The position numbers were made by a program, and so were the translations under genes. 64,000 bases of DNA from Mobula hypostoma. Lineage: Eukaryota. The notes below the pieces were generated by a model that was given only the letters and a program-made list of their open reading frames with translations, was not told where the DNA came from and did no database searches. The stretch is taken from NCBI RefSeq assembly GCF_963921235.1, contig NC_086097.1, positions 184,142,001 through 184,206,000 of the forward strand. The letters are read 5' to 3'. Positions 25,503-38,194 of this stretch are shown piece after piece. The first letter of the stretch is position 1. The number at the start of each line of letters is the position of its first letter.

Positions 25503-26220
25503 GTTGCATGATCCAGATAGGTGGGGGTCCTGAATGATAGGTGTTGCCTTCCTGAGACATTGACTCTTGCAGATATCCTCGGTGGTGGAGGAACATAATG
25601 GAACTGGCTAAACTCATTACTCTCTGTAGCCTTTCGTTTTGCTGTGCATGGTGTTCCCATACCAGGTTGTAATACAACCCAACCATTGAACATCTGGAAA
25701 TGTTTGTCAGAGTCAGAGCAGAGTGTAAAACCAGCCATATCTCGTCCGCTGTAGACCTGCTGTGGAAGAAGGCAAACTGAAGTGTGTCCAGGTCCCTGCT
25801 GAGGTAGGAGTTGATTCAAGCCATAACCAACATCCTGAAATACTTTATTACAATGGATGTAGGCACTAAAGGATGGAAAGATATTCACAGGCCCACTGCA
25901 AGCCTCCAATTCCAAATGTCCTCACAAATTTGATGGAAATATATCTTTTTCTGTTCAACCGACGTTACTCCATGTAGATTGGATCCAGAACTGTCTTCAA
26001 CATACAAGTTTCCCTAAGTGTTCGAAATAGACTGATGTGGAGCAAAGTGAGTGTTAGATTGTGAGCTCCAAATAAACAATGTCTGTCAGGGACTTCAATA
26101 AGTACTTCTCATGAAATGCATTACTTAAAGGAGCTGTAACCAGTTCTGCAAATAGATATAGTTGCCAGTATACTTGCAGCAACAAGAGTGACATGTATTT
26201 AGAACAGAGATGAGAAGGAA

Positions 26221-26423
26221 CACACAGAATGCTGGAGGAACTGAGCAGACCAGGCAGCGTCTCTGGTAAAAAGTACAGTTGACGTTTCCAGCCGAAACCC
26301 TTCAGCAGGACTCGAAATATCGACTGTACTCTTTTCCATAGATACCGCCTGGTCTCTTGAGTTCCTCCAGCATTTTGTGTGTGTTGCTCGGATTTCCAGC
26401 ATCTGCAGATTTTCTCTTGTTTG
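26221..26423. mobile_element. Mini fold-back insertion of a PLE 3' tail with HHR, inside a CR1 3' fragment (26180-26560)
   Basis: Inverted arms surround gacgtttccagccgaaacccttcagcaggact. Approximate TSD agagatgagaaggaa / agagatgaagaggaa. Confidence 0.8.
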
Positions 26424-27078
26424 AGAGATGAAGAGGAATTTCTTTAGGCAGAGGGTGGTGAATCTGTGGAATTCATGCCACAGATGTCTGTGAAGTCCAA
26501 GTCGATGAGTTGAATAGCCTGATTGTGCTCCTAAGTCTTATGGTGTCCTGGTCTTATGGTCCCATAATTCGCAAAAATCACCACCTACTCAGTTTTTGGT
26601 GATATTAGTGAAGGGGAAAATGATGATAAGAAGAACTTTCCCCTGCTTTAAGTAAGTTTTTGACTATAGGCAGTTTCCTTATTTGTTTTAAGTACAATTT
26701 TAAAGGAGAAAGCAGCTAAATAATTCTTACCCTGCTACTTCTGATCTGTCCATAAGAAAATGACCAGCAAACCTCACTTTTTCTCCTTGTACCCTGATGG
26801 CTTGTCATCAATCATGAAGAAATTGCCCTGTAGCAGGGCACATGATGTAACTTTGATTAGACACAACTTGTTCTATCACTAAGCTGCCTCATTACCAAAC
26901 TTTCTACATATTTCACAGTACTAAGTTTAAAAGTTATAAGACCATAATTAGGAGCAGAGTTAGGCCATTCAACCCATTTGATCATAGCTGATTGACATCC
27001 CCTCTCAATCCCATCCTTCTGCTTTTTCTCTGTAGCCTTTGGCACCCTTATAATAAGAACTAATCAACCTCCCATTTA

Positions 27079-27601
27079 TGAGGGGTGATTGATAAGTTTG
27101 TGGCCCAAGGTAGAAGGAGTCAATTTTAGAAAACCTAGCACACTTATTTTTCAACATAGCCCCCTCCTACATTTACATACTTAGTCCAGGAGTTGTGGAG
27201 CATACGGATCCCTTCTTTGTAGAAGTCGGCACCTTGGGCTTCCAGAAAGTGGTCCACAGCAGGGGTGATTGATTAATTCGTGGCCTAGGGTAGAAGAAGA
27301 TGAGTTATTAACTTCAGTCTTTCTGCATAATCACTCAAAGAGTTGAACTGCACATGCATGTAACGAGAGCTGTATAACTCATCTCCTTCTACCTTAGGTC
27401 ATGAACTTATCAATCACCCCTGCCATGGACCACTTTCTAGAGGTCCAAGACACCAACTTTTACAAAGAAGAGATCCATATGCTTCACGACCACCGGACTG
27501 AGTGTGTAAATGTAGGAGGGGACTATGCTGAAAAATAAATGTGCTGTTTTCTGAAATTGATGCCATCTACCTTAGGCCACAAATTTATCAATCACCCCTC
27601 A
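27079..27601. mobile_element. Palindromic mariner-type MITE with TA TSD
   Basis: TA|tgaggggtgattgataagtttgtggcc ... ggccacaaatttatcaatcacccctca|TA; inverted arms of ~230 bp. Confidence 0.92.
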
Positions 27602-27820
27602 TAAGTATGCCCAATGACCTGGCCTCCATAGCCGTCACAGATTTACCACCCTCTGGCTAAAGAATGGGACAGGCTAAAGGGAAGTCATTCTACTCTCAGT
27701 CTGTGTCTCCTAGTCCTAGATTCCCCAACTAATGAAAGCATCCTCTCCACAACCACTTTGTCTGGGCATTCCAATATTTGTATACTTTAATGAGATCCTC
27801 CCCTTGTTCTTCTAAACTTT

Positions 27821-27970
27821 CTTTCTTTACAAATCTTTTTATTATTATTATTATTATCCAAAATTAACATGAGTACATCGAAGTAAGCAACACTTACAAT
27901 GTCTCAAGAAAAAAAAAATTTAAAGATCGAAAAATTTTTGGTGATAATAAAACAAAACCCTACTAAGCAA
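27821..27970 (-). mobile_element. 150-bp 3' end of an unclassified (L1/Tx1-like?) retroelement with a perfect 15-bp TSD
   Basis: TSD gttcttctaaacttt at 27806-27820 and 27971-27985. The minus strand ends AATAAAAAGATTTGTAAAGAAAG(AAAG). Confidence 0.8.
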
Positions 27971-28439
27971 GTTCTTCTAAACTTTAATGAGTACAGACCT
28001 ACAGCCAACAAAAGCTCCTCATACATTAATGCTTTCATTCCTGGGATTCTTCTAGTAAACATCATCTCCATTAACAGCACATCCCTTCTCAGATATGATG
28101 GCCAAAACTGTTCACAGATTCCAATGCCTTATAAAGTCTCAATATTGCATTCTTGCTCTTTATGTTGTGTTTTTATTACATTTTCCTAACCTAATCTGTG
28201 CCATACAATTGGTGAATCTTATCTATATTTGAGAGTACAACCTTCTGTTCATGTTTAACAGTAATATATGTAAACCTACAGTTCGGGACTCATGTTCATA
28301 TTTACTACCATTAGTAAGGTGTGAAATTTTATAGTCTGTTGGATTCCCTTCATTACAAGTCATCAACAACCTGTGCATACTTTCTAGATTATAATTTGTA
28401 CAATTGTCAAAACATCCTCTTTACTGAATTTTGAAATGA

Positions 28440-29420
28440 CATTTAGAAGAGTACAGTCCAGAAACAGGTCCTTCAGTCCCTAAGATTGTGTCGAACAAAT
28501 TAAAACAGTGATTAAACACCTTGCTAAATGAATCTCTTCTACCTACACAATGTCTACAATCACTCTATTCTCTGCGTATCCATGGGCCTTTCTAAGAGCC
28601 TGCAAAATATCTCTACCATGTTTGCCTCCACTATCATCCTGAGAGAGTATTTCATGATCCCACCACTCCCCCGTATGAAAAACCTGCTCTGCATATCTCC
28701 TTCAGATTTATCCCTTCTCAATTTAAATATATGCCTTCTAGTATTTGACACCAACTCTGGGACAAAGATACTGTCTGCCTACTCTGTCTAGGCCTCCCAT
28801 AATACTACAACCCTCTATCAGGTCTCCCCTCGAGCTCCGCCACTCCAAGGAAAACAACCCAAGTTTAACTAACCTTTCCTTATAACACATGCCCTCTAAC
28901 AAAGGCAGCATCCTGCCAAATCTCTTCTTCACATTCTCCAAAGCCTCCACATCCTTCCTATAACAGTGCAAGCAAATTCAATGCAATAATCCAGATGCAA
29001 CTGAACAGGAGTTTTATAAAGCTGCAACATAACTTCCTGACTATTGAACTCATTGCCTAGATTAATAAAGCCAAGCATGCCATATGCTTTCTTCACCACC
29101 CTATCAATCTGTGCAGCCACTTTCAAGGAGAAATGGGTTTGTACCCCAGGATCCCTCTGTATATTAGCACCATTAAGGATCTTGCCATTAATTGTGCATG
29201 GTCCCTTTACGTTTGATTACCCAAAGTGCAAAATCTTCATACACCATTTCTCCACCCATAGCTACAACTTATCTATATATTGCTGACTGTTTTTGCATTT
29301 TTCCACAATAGCTACAGAACCACCAATCATTGTATCATCTGCAAACTTATGAACCCACCCACTGATATTTTTATTCATGTCATTTATGTACGTCACAAGC
29401 AACATAGCTTGCAGTTCAGA
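28440..29420 (-). mobile_element. CR1 3' fragment
   Basis: KFADDT, VVKKAYGMLGFIN and RGDLIE motifs in minus-strand ORFs. Confidence 0.9.
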
Positions 29421-31499
29421 TCCCTGCAGAACTGCATTTCTCTTCTTATTTGTCTGATAATATAAGATATATTCTTGTTCTCTTACTTGTCCTATGAATT
29501 TAAATATTTTCTTAGAAACTATTTTCAAGGTTTTCATCAATAATTCCAGATACCACCAAGTTTTTCTCTCAGGTTTTCAAATTTTGTTTTACTTTTTCCC
29601 ACAAATGAGTGGATCAACTAACTGTGTTTTCAGAAAACATAAGCCAACCATAAACAACAAAAGGAATTTCTAATGAAAGACCTTCAACCTAAAACAACAA
29701 TACTGTTCCTGTTTCTAAGAGATGCTGCCTGAGCTATTGAGGTCTTCCAGCATCTCTTTTTTTGATATTTCAGATTTCCAGCACCTGCAGTTCTTTGTTT
29801 TTCAAAAAGCAGCACTTTTTGATTTTGTTATTTTAATTTAAGGTGCAGAAAATATTGAGTAATAGCTAAAATAACTCTCTTGGTTTCTGTAGGAGTAACA
29901 TTGTGGTAATTGAACACCTCTCTAATATGTCCCTGTGGTGATTCAACTGGTTGCTTTACTTTGCTGAAGCTGTTAGTTCCTGACCAGGGAATTTCAATTA
30001 AAAGAAAAATAATGTGAATAATATAGAGTTGAAATAACTGGTTCTTTGTAGCAAAATTCCACCATCCTTCAACCCTCTGTATCGATAGCCTATTGTTATG
30101 TTCAGTTATATAAAAGAATTGCCTTAGTTTCCTTCTAAGTACTGACAAAAGTTGTCAGCCTATCACTTTGAATGAACTTTTGCTCGTTAGGTGCTGGAGG
30201 ACTTTTGGGCATCTTTTTGGGTTTTTATTATGGGCTTTACATGAGTCTCCAGCATAAATTTGAGCAATTATGTGGAGTGTATAACATGTGACTTGAGCCT
30301 CTTAAGAGAGAGGATGATGGTGATCGACCCATCACTGGAAACAGATGCTTGTTCTTAGCAGAAATAAACTTTATATGGTAATGTGAATAAATGTTTAACT
30401 CTTAATCAATTTACATTACAGTTAAACACTTAATCCTGGGGAACTTTAGTTTCAAGTTTAGCTCAATCAACTTTATTAATCATCAAATGTTTATGTAAAT
30501 GTAATAAATGAACATGCCAAAATCCTTACAAAAATGCCATTTGTTTCAATATATAAACAGAGCTGCAGCCGTTGCTTATTTGCCATCTGGTTTACAGTAA
30601 GAAGTTACATTAGTAACATGTCAGCTTTGAAAAAGAATAATACTGATCTTTAACACAAGGAATATTAAATGAAACATCTGTCTGACTACAATGAATAGTT
30701 GGACTTGAAGATATCTGGCCGTTAGGATTCTTCAAGAGTGTTTCTGACTTGCTGATGTATGCAGTTATGCTTGGTGGAAGAATATCTGTCAAGACATGTA
30801 TTTAGAAATCCCATTTGGTTAATTCAGACTGAAACATGACAGCTAGCTTTTTTTTACATTTGAGGAAGAAATAAAAGACAGATAGCTATTTTGTAAGCAG
30901 TACAAGATTTGTAAAATCCAAGGTGGAAGGCTTGGAGTTAGACTGATCCATTAAATTTATTTTCAGAAGCAAGTAGAAAGTAAAATGATGCAAGTGGTAA
31001 AATCTTGATGATAAAACATAAGGCATTCTGTTTTCATTTTACTTCTTTGAAGTAATTAAGTATGGCAAAATCTGTCTGGATGGCATGCAAAACAAAAGAA
31101 TTTCATTCTGTCTTGGTGCATGTGACAGCAATAAACTGGTATCAGCATGCTGGAAATGCAAAAGCAGATTAAGCAAGATACAGAAAAAAACAAGACAGTA
31201 CTAAAATATTTCAGCAGAAATTCAAGCTTGGTTACTTGTGGCCAATGCATAGAATAATGTTGACTGCTCATTGTACTCTGCATCCAAAATCTGGCTTCAT
31301 TAACTTTAATGAAACTAAATTTCAATATTGTATATGATATCCTTTAAAATAGGATATGTAACCAAGAACAACTGCTAATGCATTGACTTTTATTTCCTCT
31401 GTTAATAATGTTCTCTGTTTTTTTAACATTAAAAGAAATTAATTCATTCAAATATAACAGATTATTTGGGTAACAGGGTTGGGAATGGATGGGTGGAAA

Positions 31500-31785
31500 T
31501 TTTATTTATTTTATTTAGAGAAATAGCGTGGAACAGGCTCTTCTAACCCTTCAAGTCACTCCGACCAGCAACTAACTGATTTAACTTTTCCTAATCATGT
31601 GACAATTTACAATGACCAATTAAACTACTAACTGGTACGTCTTTGCTCTGTGGGTGGAAACCGTAGCCCCTGGAGGAGACCCATGCGCATGTGGGAAGGA
31701 ATGTAGAAACCTGCTTTCAGAGGAGACTGGAATTGAACTCCAAACTCTGGTGGTCCAAGCTGTAATAGAGTTGCACTAACATGGG
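31500..31785 (-). mobile_element. SINE-like repeat with (TAAA)n tail
   Basis: Same family as 54400-54495 / 55003-55150 / 55590-55630 (gacaatttacaatgaccaatt..gtggg.ggaaac..ggaattgaactc). Confidence 0.65.
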
Positions 31786-33769
31786 GCTTTCCCTGCTGAT
31801 CTATTCTGGAAATTCAGAAATTACAATGGATGAAGAAGAGCCCCTTTGGCTGGGCACCTGCATATATTCATATAAGACTTGTTAACAAGGAAGTATTAAG
31901 TTAGCTTTACTGTGAAACAGTTAAAACTAGCCATAAACAAAGAATATTTGATTGTGTATCACATTTTAGCTTTGAAGGTACTGGATAAAAGGTTAAAAGG
32001 AACTGAAAGCTGACCAAAATCATTGGCATTGAGTGATACAAAATCCCCACCAAGAATTTTAGCTTTCCATTAAGAATTTGCAAGTAACAAAGGCCTTTGA
32101 AGCCACAAGAAAATATCACAAAAGAAGGCAAGATAATCTGAATTCTTAAACCCTTTTAAGATATTCCTTGTGAATTTGGAGCAGAATGTGTTTATTATTT
32201 AGTCCACATGAGCTTGTCTATAATAAATAATATCTGCAATCTTCCAGCTTCCCCATCACTCATCTCCCACCCAACAAAGACTCCTCTGTCCACGCTCGGT
32301 CCACTCTTCTACCCACAACCACCAGCTCTGTACTTCCGTTCAAAACTGGAATCCCAACCATTCATTTAATATTTCCTTTCTGGTGTGCAACCACAATGTT
32401 CATTTTGTCCCTTAGTAAGATACAGGCAAAATGAGCATCCTCCTAATTATTCACATTATAGTACAGTTTCTTCCTTGGGTTCCTTGTTTTAAGTTTGGCT
32501 TCATCCGTTAAGCCTGCTCTTCATGTGCTATGGCAGGGCAAATATCCATTCTCTCATTCTCCAATGCAGCAGCATCTACTGGAGTCCAGCAACACTTCAG
32601 CAAGTGAATGAATTCTGTGATCTGAAATCCAATTAAATGATATGTTTTGGAGAGTTTCCTTAGTTTTTCCTCTTGAACTGAGAAATATTTCTATGAGCAC
32701 TTCAGTTACATAACATTTTACTATAGCAAAGCATGCAAAGCACTCCAAGGGAGACATACAAAGGGAAATGAGGACAACTGAGGTGAACCTTGGTAGAAAT
32801 GTAGGATTCAAGCAGTATCTTAAGGAAGAAAAGAATGTTTGGAAAGAGAACTCCTGAGTTACTGAGTGAATATACACGCAGCTACCAATGAAAAGGGATT
32901 ACAATTGCAGCTTGAACAAAATAACAGAATCAGAGGAGTATGGTTATCTCAGAAGCAGAATACTGTCAAGTCCAGGGAAAGCTTTAACAAGGAGAAATTT
33001 AAACTCAAGTCATTGCCTCACCAGGAGCCAATGCAGGTAAACAAGTGCAGGGATGTTGGGTGAGTGAGACCTGAATGGTAGCAGACATCTAGTTGACCAT
33101 TTTGCCATAGAATGAACAAGGGATGCTGAAATTATGTGTGCTGGGAGCTAGTGGTCTTTGAGCAGAGTTAGAAAATGGAAATAGATGGGCTTAGTGAAAA
33201 TGCAGACTCCTGGTTCAAAGTAGAACAAGATCAGTTGTTTCTAAACAATCTGGTTCTTGTTTTGGATTTGCCTTCCAGTAAATACTCAGTTGGACTAACC
33301 CCTCACTTGTTTTGCCTTTAGGAACAACTCATGTGTTAAGTAATGAAAATGATACAGGTCTGCAGACTATAAGAAAAATTGCTGTTTGGTTGGTAACTAA
33401 TGTCAGCTCATTTGCCAAAAGCAGCACTGAGTCCTTTCACAGGCATAACCCCAACCCTATTCACCACTTTTGTTTGTCTAACTAAATGTTGGAGAATGAA
33501 CAAAATTGTTGTAACAACATTGGCCACTACCGAAGAAAGAAAGATAGCTGCTAATTTTAACAACATGCTTTCCATTATTCTTGTCAGCTCAGGGTCCAGA
33601 TAAATACTATTTCCAGCTTTCAGGAAAATTTTGTCATAAAGTAGCAGAAGTAAGTCGATTATGATTGCTACCACATGTACTGTCCTATCAGGTGGTCACC
33701 CAGTGTCCTTTTAACAAAATCGAAGTACAATATGCATACCAAAAATGGTAAAGCATCTCCAAGATGTCA

Positions 33770-34100
33770 CTGTGAGCTGCAGAGAGTCAGAGCTAAAAGA
33801 GCTGATTCTTTACAGTTTCAGCGACCCGATTCACTCCTGCTCTCTGTGAGGACTTTCTATGTTCTCCTTTTGACTGCAATGGGTATCGAATGGGTGATCT
33901 GATTTCTTCCCACATCCCAGTGACATGGAGGTTGGTAATTTAATTGGCTACTCTCAATTATCCTAAGTGTATTTCAATGGGAGAATGTGTATGTGGACAG
34001 AATAAAAATGTAAATGTCTGTAAATGGGTACTGAATAATTGGCTTGGAGAAGGTGCGCTGAAGTGTCTGTTTCAATGCTGCATGGCTCTGTAATATTCCT
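33770..34100 (+). mobile_element. Degenerate SINE-like repeat (HE1-like?)
   Basis: gcgacccgattcactcct..tttcttcccacatccca body followed by a CR1-like 3' tail. Confidence 0.45.
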
Positions 34101-35589
34101 GTGAGATAATATATACAAAAGGAAGACAATTCCCTGGAAATCCATCCCAGTAGGATATTGTCATTCTCTTCAACTCAGTCTAGGGAGCTGCATTTCAAAA
34201 GCAGAATACAAAGCAATGTCAGTTTTCCATAAGAACACTTTGTGTTACCAACTAGGACAAATTATTTTCAGTCAAGATGTGGTTTGGGTAGTGCCAGAAT
34301 TAGGGAGCTAGACACGTTGTCAATCAAATTAACAGAAGTAATATATTAGAATAAAATTAAACAACTGCATGTGGAAATCAGTGGGTTAAGCAAAATCTGT
34401 GGAGGCAAAGGGATATTTGAGGTTTCATGTCATGATCCTGCATCAGGTTTGTACATTGGTATAACAGACTGTACAGTTTTGATTTCACCTTTCAAAGAGA
34501 CATGCTCCATGATCTTGTTCGTGCTTTTCTAATTATGAAAATAACAGGCATCTTTTTCTTTTCTGTTCTATAGTTTATTTCACACGAATTACTCTGTATC
34601 TATCTGGTTCTTGTTTGCCTTCTTCCTTCTTTTTTGTGGGTCTGAACCTCAAACAATTGCATACACTGCAGTGGCTGTGAGGTCACCCTGACGTGCTGTG
34701 AAGACTTCCATAAGCTCATTCCAAGTGGAGAAATATAGAGATAATATCAAACCCATTTTTAACATCCACTAAAGCCCTGCTATATGGAACATCCCCGGAA
34801 TATGCCTTCAGCATGTTGGTTATATTGTCATATTGGCAGCAAATTGTTCTCGCATAAGGTTCCACTTCACATTCCTTTCAATGCACACTAGTGTTATTCA
34901 CAATGCAGCTGCTGTAGGTCATTAATAACAAAAGTCAGAGCTCCCAAATGTGCTACTGTACTTCAAACTTCACAAAACAGCTTAATTTACACTGAAAGAG
35001 CCAAGTGCTGAAAATGTCTCATCATTTGCAATACAATTTAAGTTTCTATCATTTTAAGTAAAATTTGCAAAGATTTATAATACTTTACAAAAATTTAGTA
35101 AAACTAAACTTTATTGATTATATACTGTATATTATATTTAGCCTGACCATTTTGGTAACCTGGACTACCAAGGCTGGCAACAAAGCTTTCATTTCTCTTT
35201 TTTTGGTGGTGATGAGTGAGATGTGCACGTGTTAGTGACTCAAAGTCAGTTTCAATGGTCTGAAAGTTCTTGGGTGACTGCTCTTAACAAATTCACCAGA
35301 ATTAAAATATTGCAGATGCTGGAATCTGCAACAAAACCTCTGGAAATATTGAGCAGGCCAGCCAGCTGAACTGTGAAAGTGACTAAGGTTGGTGAGGTGA
35401 CACGAGTACACTTGTCCTGCACCAGAGAAGGCTCTATCTGGAAGAATGAGAGAAAGAGAAATAATTATGCTAGAACTGAAGTTCACCAACACACAAAGCT
35501 GCTGGGCATCAGAAATAAATAAACAAATCTGCTGGAAGCACTTAGCAGATCAGGCAGAATCGATGGAGAGAATAAGGTAATGCAGCATT

Positions 35590-38080
35590 ACAGGTGAATA
35601 CTCTTACATCAGAAGGCCTGTATAGTCCCTATACGCTTCTATCCCCCACCAAGAAGGCCTCAAAGCTCTCCGCTCCTTTCTTGGCAAAGGAACCAACCAA
35701 TCCCCCTCCTCCACCAACACCCTCCTCTGCTGGCAGAACTGGTCCTCATCCTGGACAATTTTTCCTTCATCTCCTCCCACTTTCTCCAAACTCGAGGGGT
35801 TGTAATGGACACCCGCATGGACCCCAACTATGCTTGCCTCTGTGTTGACTGTGTAGAACAGTCCATCTTTGAAGCCTTCCATGGTTATACTCCCCAACTC
35901 TTCCTACACTACATTGACAATTGCATTGACACTGCTTTATGCACCCATGCTGAGCTCGTCAACTTCATCAACTTTGCCTCGAACCTCCACCCTGCCCTTA
36001 AATTCACTTGGCCCATCTCTGGTACTGATTCCCACAGTTATCTTGACTATAACTCTTCCCACCCTATCTCCTGCAAAAATCCTATTCCCTTTTCTCAGTG
36101 TTACGTACCCCGTAACTGGGTTGCCAAACCAGCAGAAATGGATCACTCAGTTGGAGTCTGGAGTACTAGAACTAAGAAAGTTTTATTAAAGAAACAAGCA
36201 ACACAGTAATCGAAAGGATAATAAATGCAACAATTCAACAATGATAACCACACATGTGCACAGAATTAAGAAAACAGCATCAATCAAGCTCTATCGTTGT
36301 CTAGGGGTAAATGACCAATTTCAAAATGACTCAAAGTTCAGTCCAGTTAGTAGTTCAGTTCGCAGTAATCGTTGCCATGGCGGTGGACAACGTGGGGGAA
36401 GAGAGAGATAGAATAGGAACAACTGATCATTCAGAACACTGCTTCACTCACAGACCAGCAAGATGGCTCACAAACAGCTTTTGGGCGGGTCCTTGGTGAT
36501 GTCACCTGAGGTCACCGACTGTGACCCCTCCTCCAGATGCGGTCGATCCTCTGCAGTGAACCCGGCACCCAGGCAAGGGCGGACACACACCGGGTTCCCG
36601 CTGATCGTACCTTTCCACCCTTGTCGTTGTCTGGCACTTCTCACCCACTCGTGAGAGGCGCACCGCTTCCAGGGTCTCGTTACCTCGGGTGGCGTGTGTG
36701 TCTGTCTTAGCGAACCTGTCCCTTTTTATCCCCCTGCTGGGGTATCGCCTGTCCATCACTTCAAACAGTTCAGGGTTCAAAGGGGGAGCCGCTCCAGACA
36801 GCTCCCTCTCCCACGTCCCTCCATTACACATCTCCATACGCTGCTCCATTGTTCCTTATCTCTCCTTCCCCTGAGGGCAGGTGGCAGACCAACTGCTGAT
36901 GCCACTGATGCTAGCCCAGGCCAGCAAACATCTTAATTTTATGTGTATTCTCGTAACATCAGTTTCTTTGCATCTGTTCCCAGGACACAACTTTCCATTC
37001 CAGGACATCAGAGATGTCCTTCTTCTTTAAAGAATGGGGTTTCCATCTCTATTATTGATGCTGTCCTCACCTGCATCACCTCTATTTCTCATACATCCAT
37101 GCACACCCCATCTTCCCACCACCTTACTAGTGATAGAGCCCCTCTTGTCCTTACCAACCACCCCATCAGCCTCCACATCCAACACATTAACTTCTGCAAC
37201 TTCTGCCATCCTGCCACTAAACATAACTCTACCACCCTCTCTCCACTTCCCACAGGGAGATTCCCTTGTCCTCTGTGATTCCCTTGTCCATTCATCCCAC
37301 TAATCTCCCTCTAGACACTTACCCTGCAAGCAGCCAAAGTGCTACACGTGCCCGTACACTTCCTACCTCACCTCCGCTCAGGGCCCCAAATGGCCCCAAA
37401 TGGCCCTTCCAAGTGAAGCAACTCATCACCTGTGAACTTGCTGCGGTCGTTTGTTGTGTCGGGTGCTCCCGATGCAAGCTCCTCTGCGATGGTGAGACTC
37501 GTTGCAAATTGTGGGACCACCTCATCGAGCACCTCTGCACCATCTGACACAACCAGGACTTATCAGTGGCCAAACATTTTAATTCTAGTCCCCACACCCA
37601 TTCCAAAGTGTTGATCCATAGCCTCCTCTTGCGCCAAGATGAGGCCACCTTCAAGGTGGAGAAGCAACGCCTTGTATTCAGCCTGGGTACCCTCCAACCT
37701 GATGGCATGAATATTGATTTCTCTTTTTGGTAAACAAATTGCCACCCCCCCGCCCCACTTCCCACTCTTACCATTTTCTTCTTCTCATCTGCCTATTACT
37801 TTCCCTTGGAAACCCTTTCTCCTCGAGTCCACTCTCCTCTCCTGTCAGATTCTTCCTTCTCCAGCCCTCAACCTGTTGCACCCACCTGGCTTCACCTGTC
37901 ACCTTCCAGCTGGCCTTTCCCCTACCTCCATCTTTTTATTCTGCCATTTGCTCCCTTCCTTCTCAGTCAGTGTTGCTTTATATCAGAAGTGGTCAGCTTT
38001 TCTCTTCCCAGACTTACTATCTGACCTGTTGAGTATCTCCACCTTTGTCTGTTTTTGTTTCACATTTCCAAAATCTGCAC
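35590..38080 (+). mobile_element. Old PLE with RT core and GIY-YIG remnants, interrupted by a solo LTR
   Basis: MDTRMDPNYACL..LHYIDNC (RT motifs), DSHSYLDYNSSHP and VCCVGCSRCKLLCDGETR..IEHL. Inverted tail remnants lie upstream at 35305-35570. Confidence 0.88.
36099..36958 (-). mobile_element. Solo LTR (860 bp) with 4-bp TSD tcag
   Basis: Terminal inverted repeats tgttacg ... cgtaaca; TSDs at 36095-36098 and 36959-36962. Strand inferred from a minus-strand AATAAA near 36182. Confidence 0.9.
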
Positions 38081-38194
38081 CATTTTGCTATTCAACCGAT
38101 TTTACAATATAGTCCATTAGGCATTTTTGTAGTCAGTACCTTTCTGAGAATTGTCACCTTGTCGTGGTGCTGAGGTTTGTGAGTTCCTTAGCTC

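Larger units (their letters stand above)
26930..28150 (-). mobile_element. CR1 3' fragment hosting two younger insertions
   Basis: Reverse complement of the CR1 tail type seen at 16400-16640. Confidence 0.8.

Noticed and set aside
30610..30792. Possible minus-strand exon (DILPPSITAY..), and similar candidates near 26731, 55860 and 62190
   Set aside because: Splice signals are weak or the frames ambiguous, and no consistent or recognisable protein could be assembled.
33408..33674. 88-aa hydrophobic ORF in unique sequence
   Set aside because: No recognisable homology or gene structure; its length is compatible with chance.
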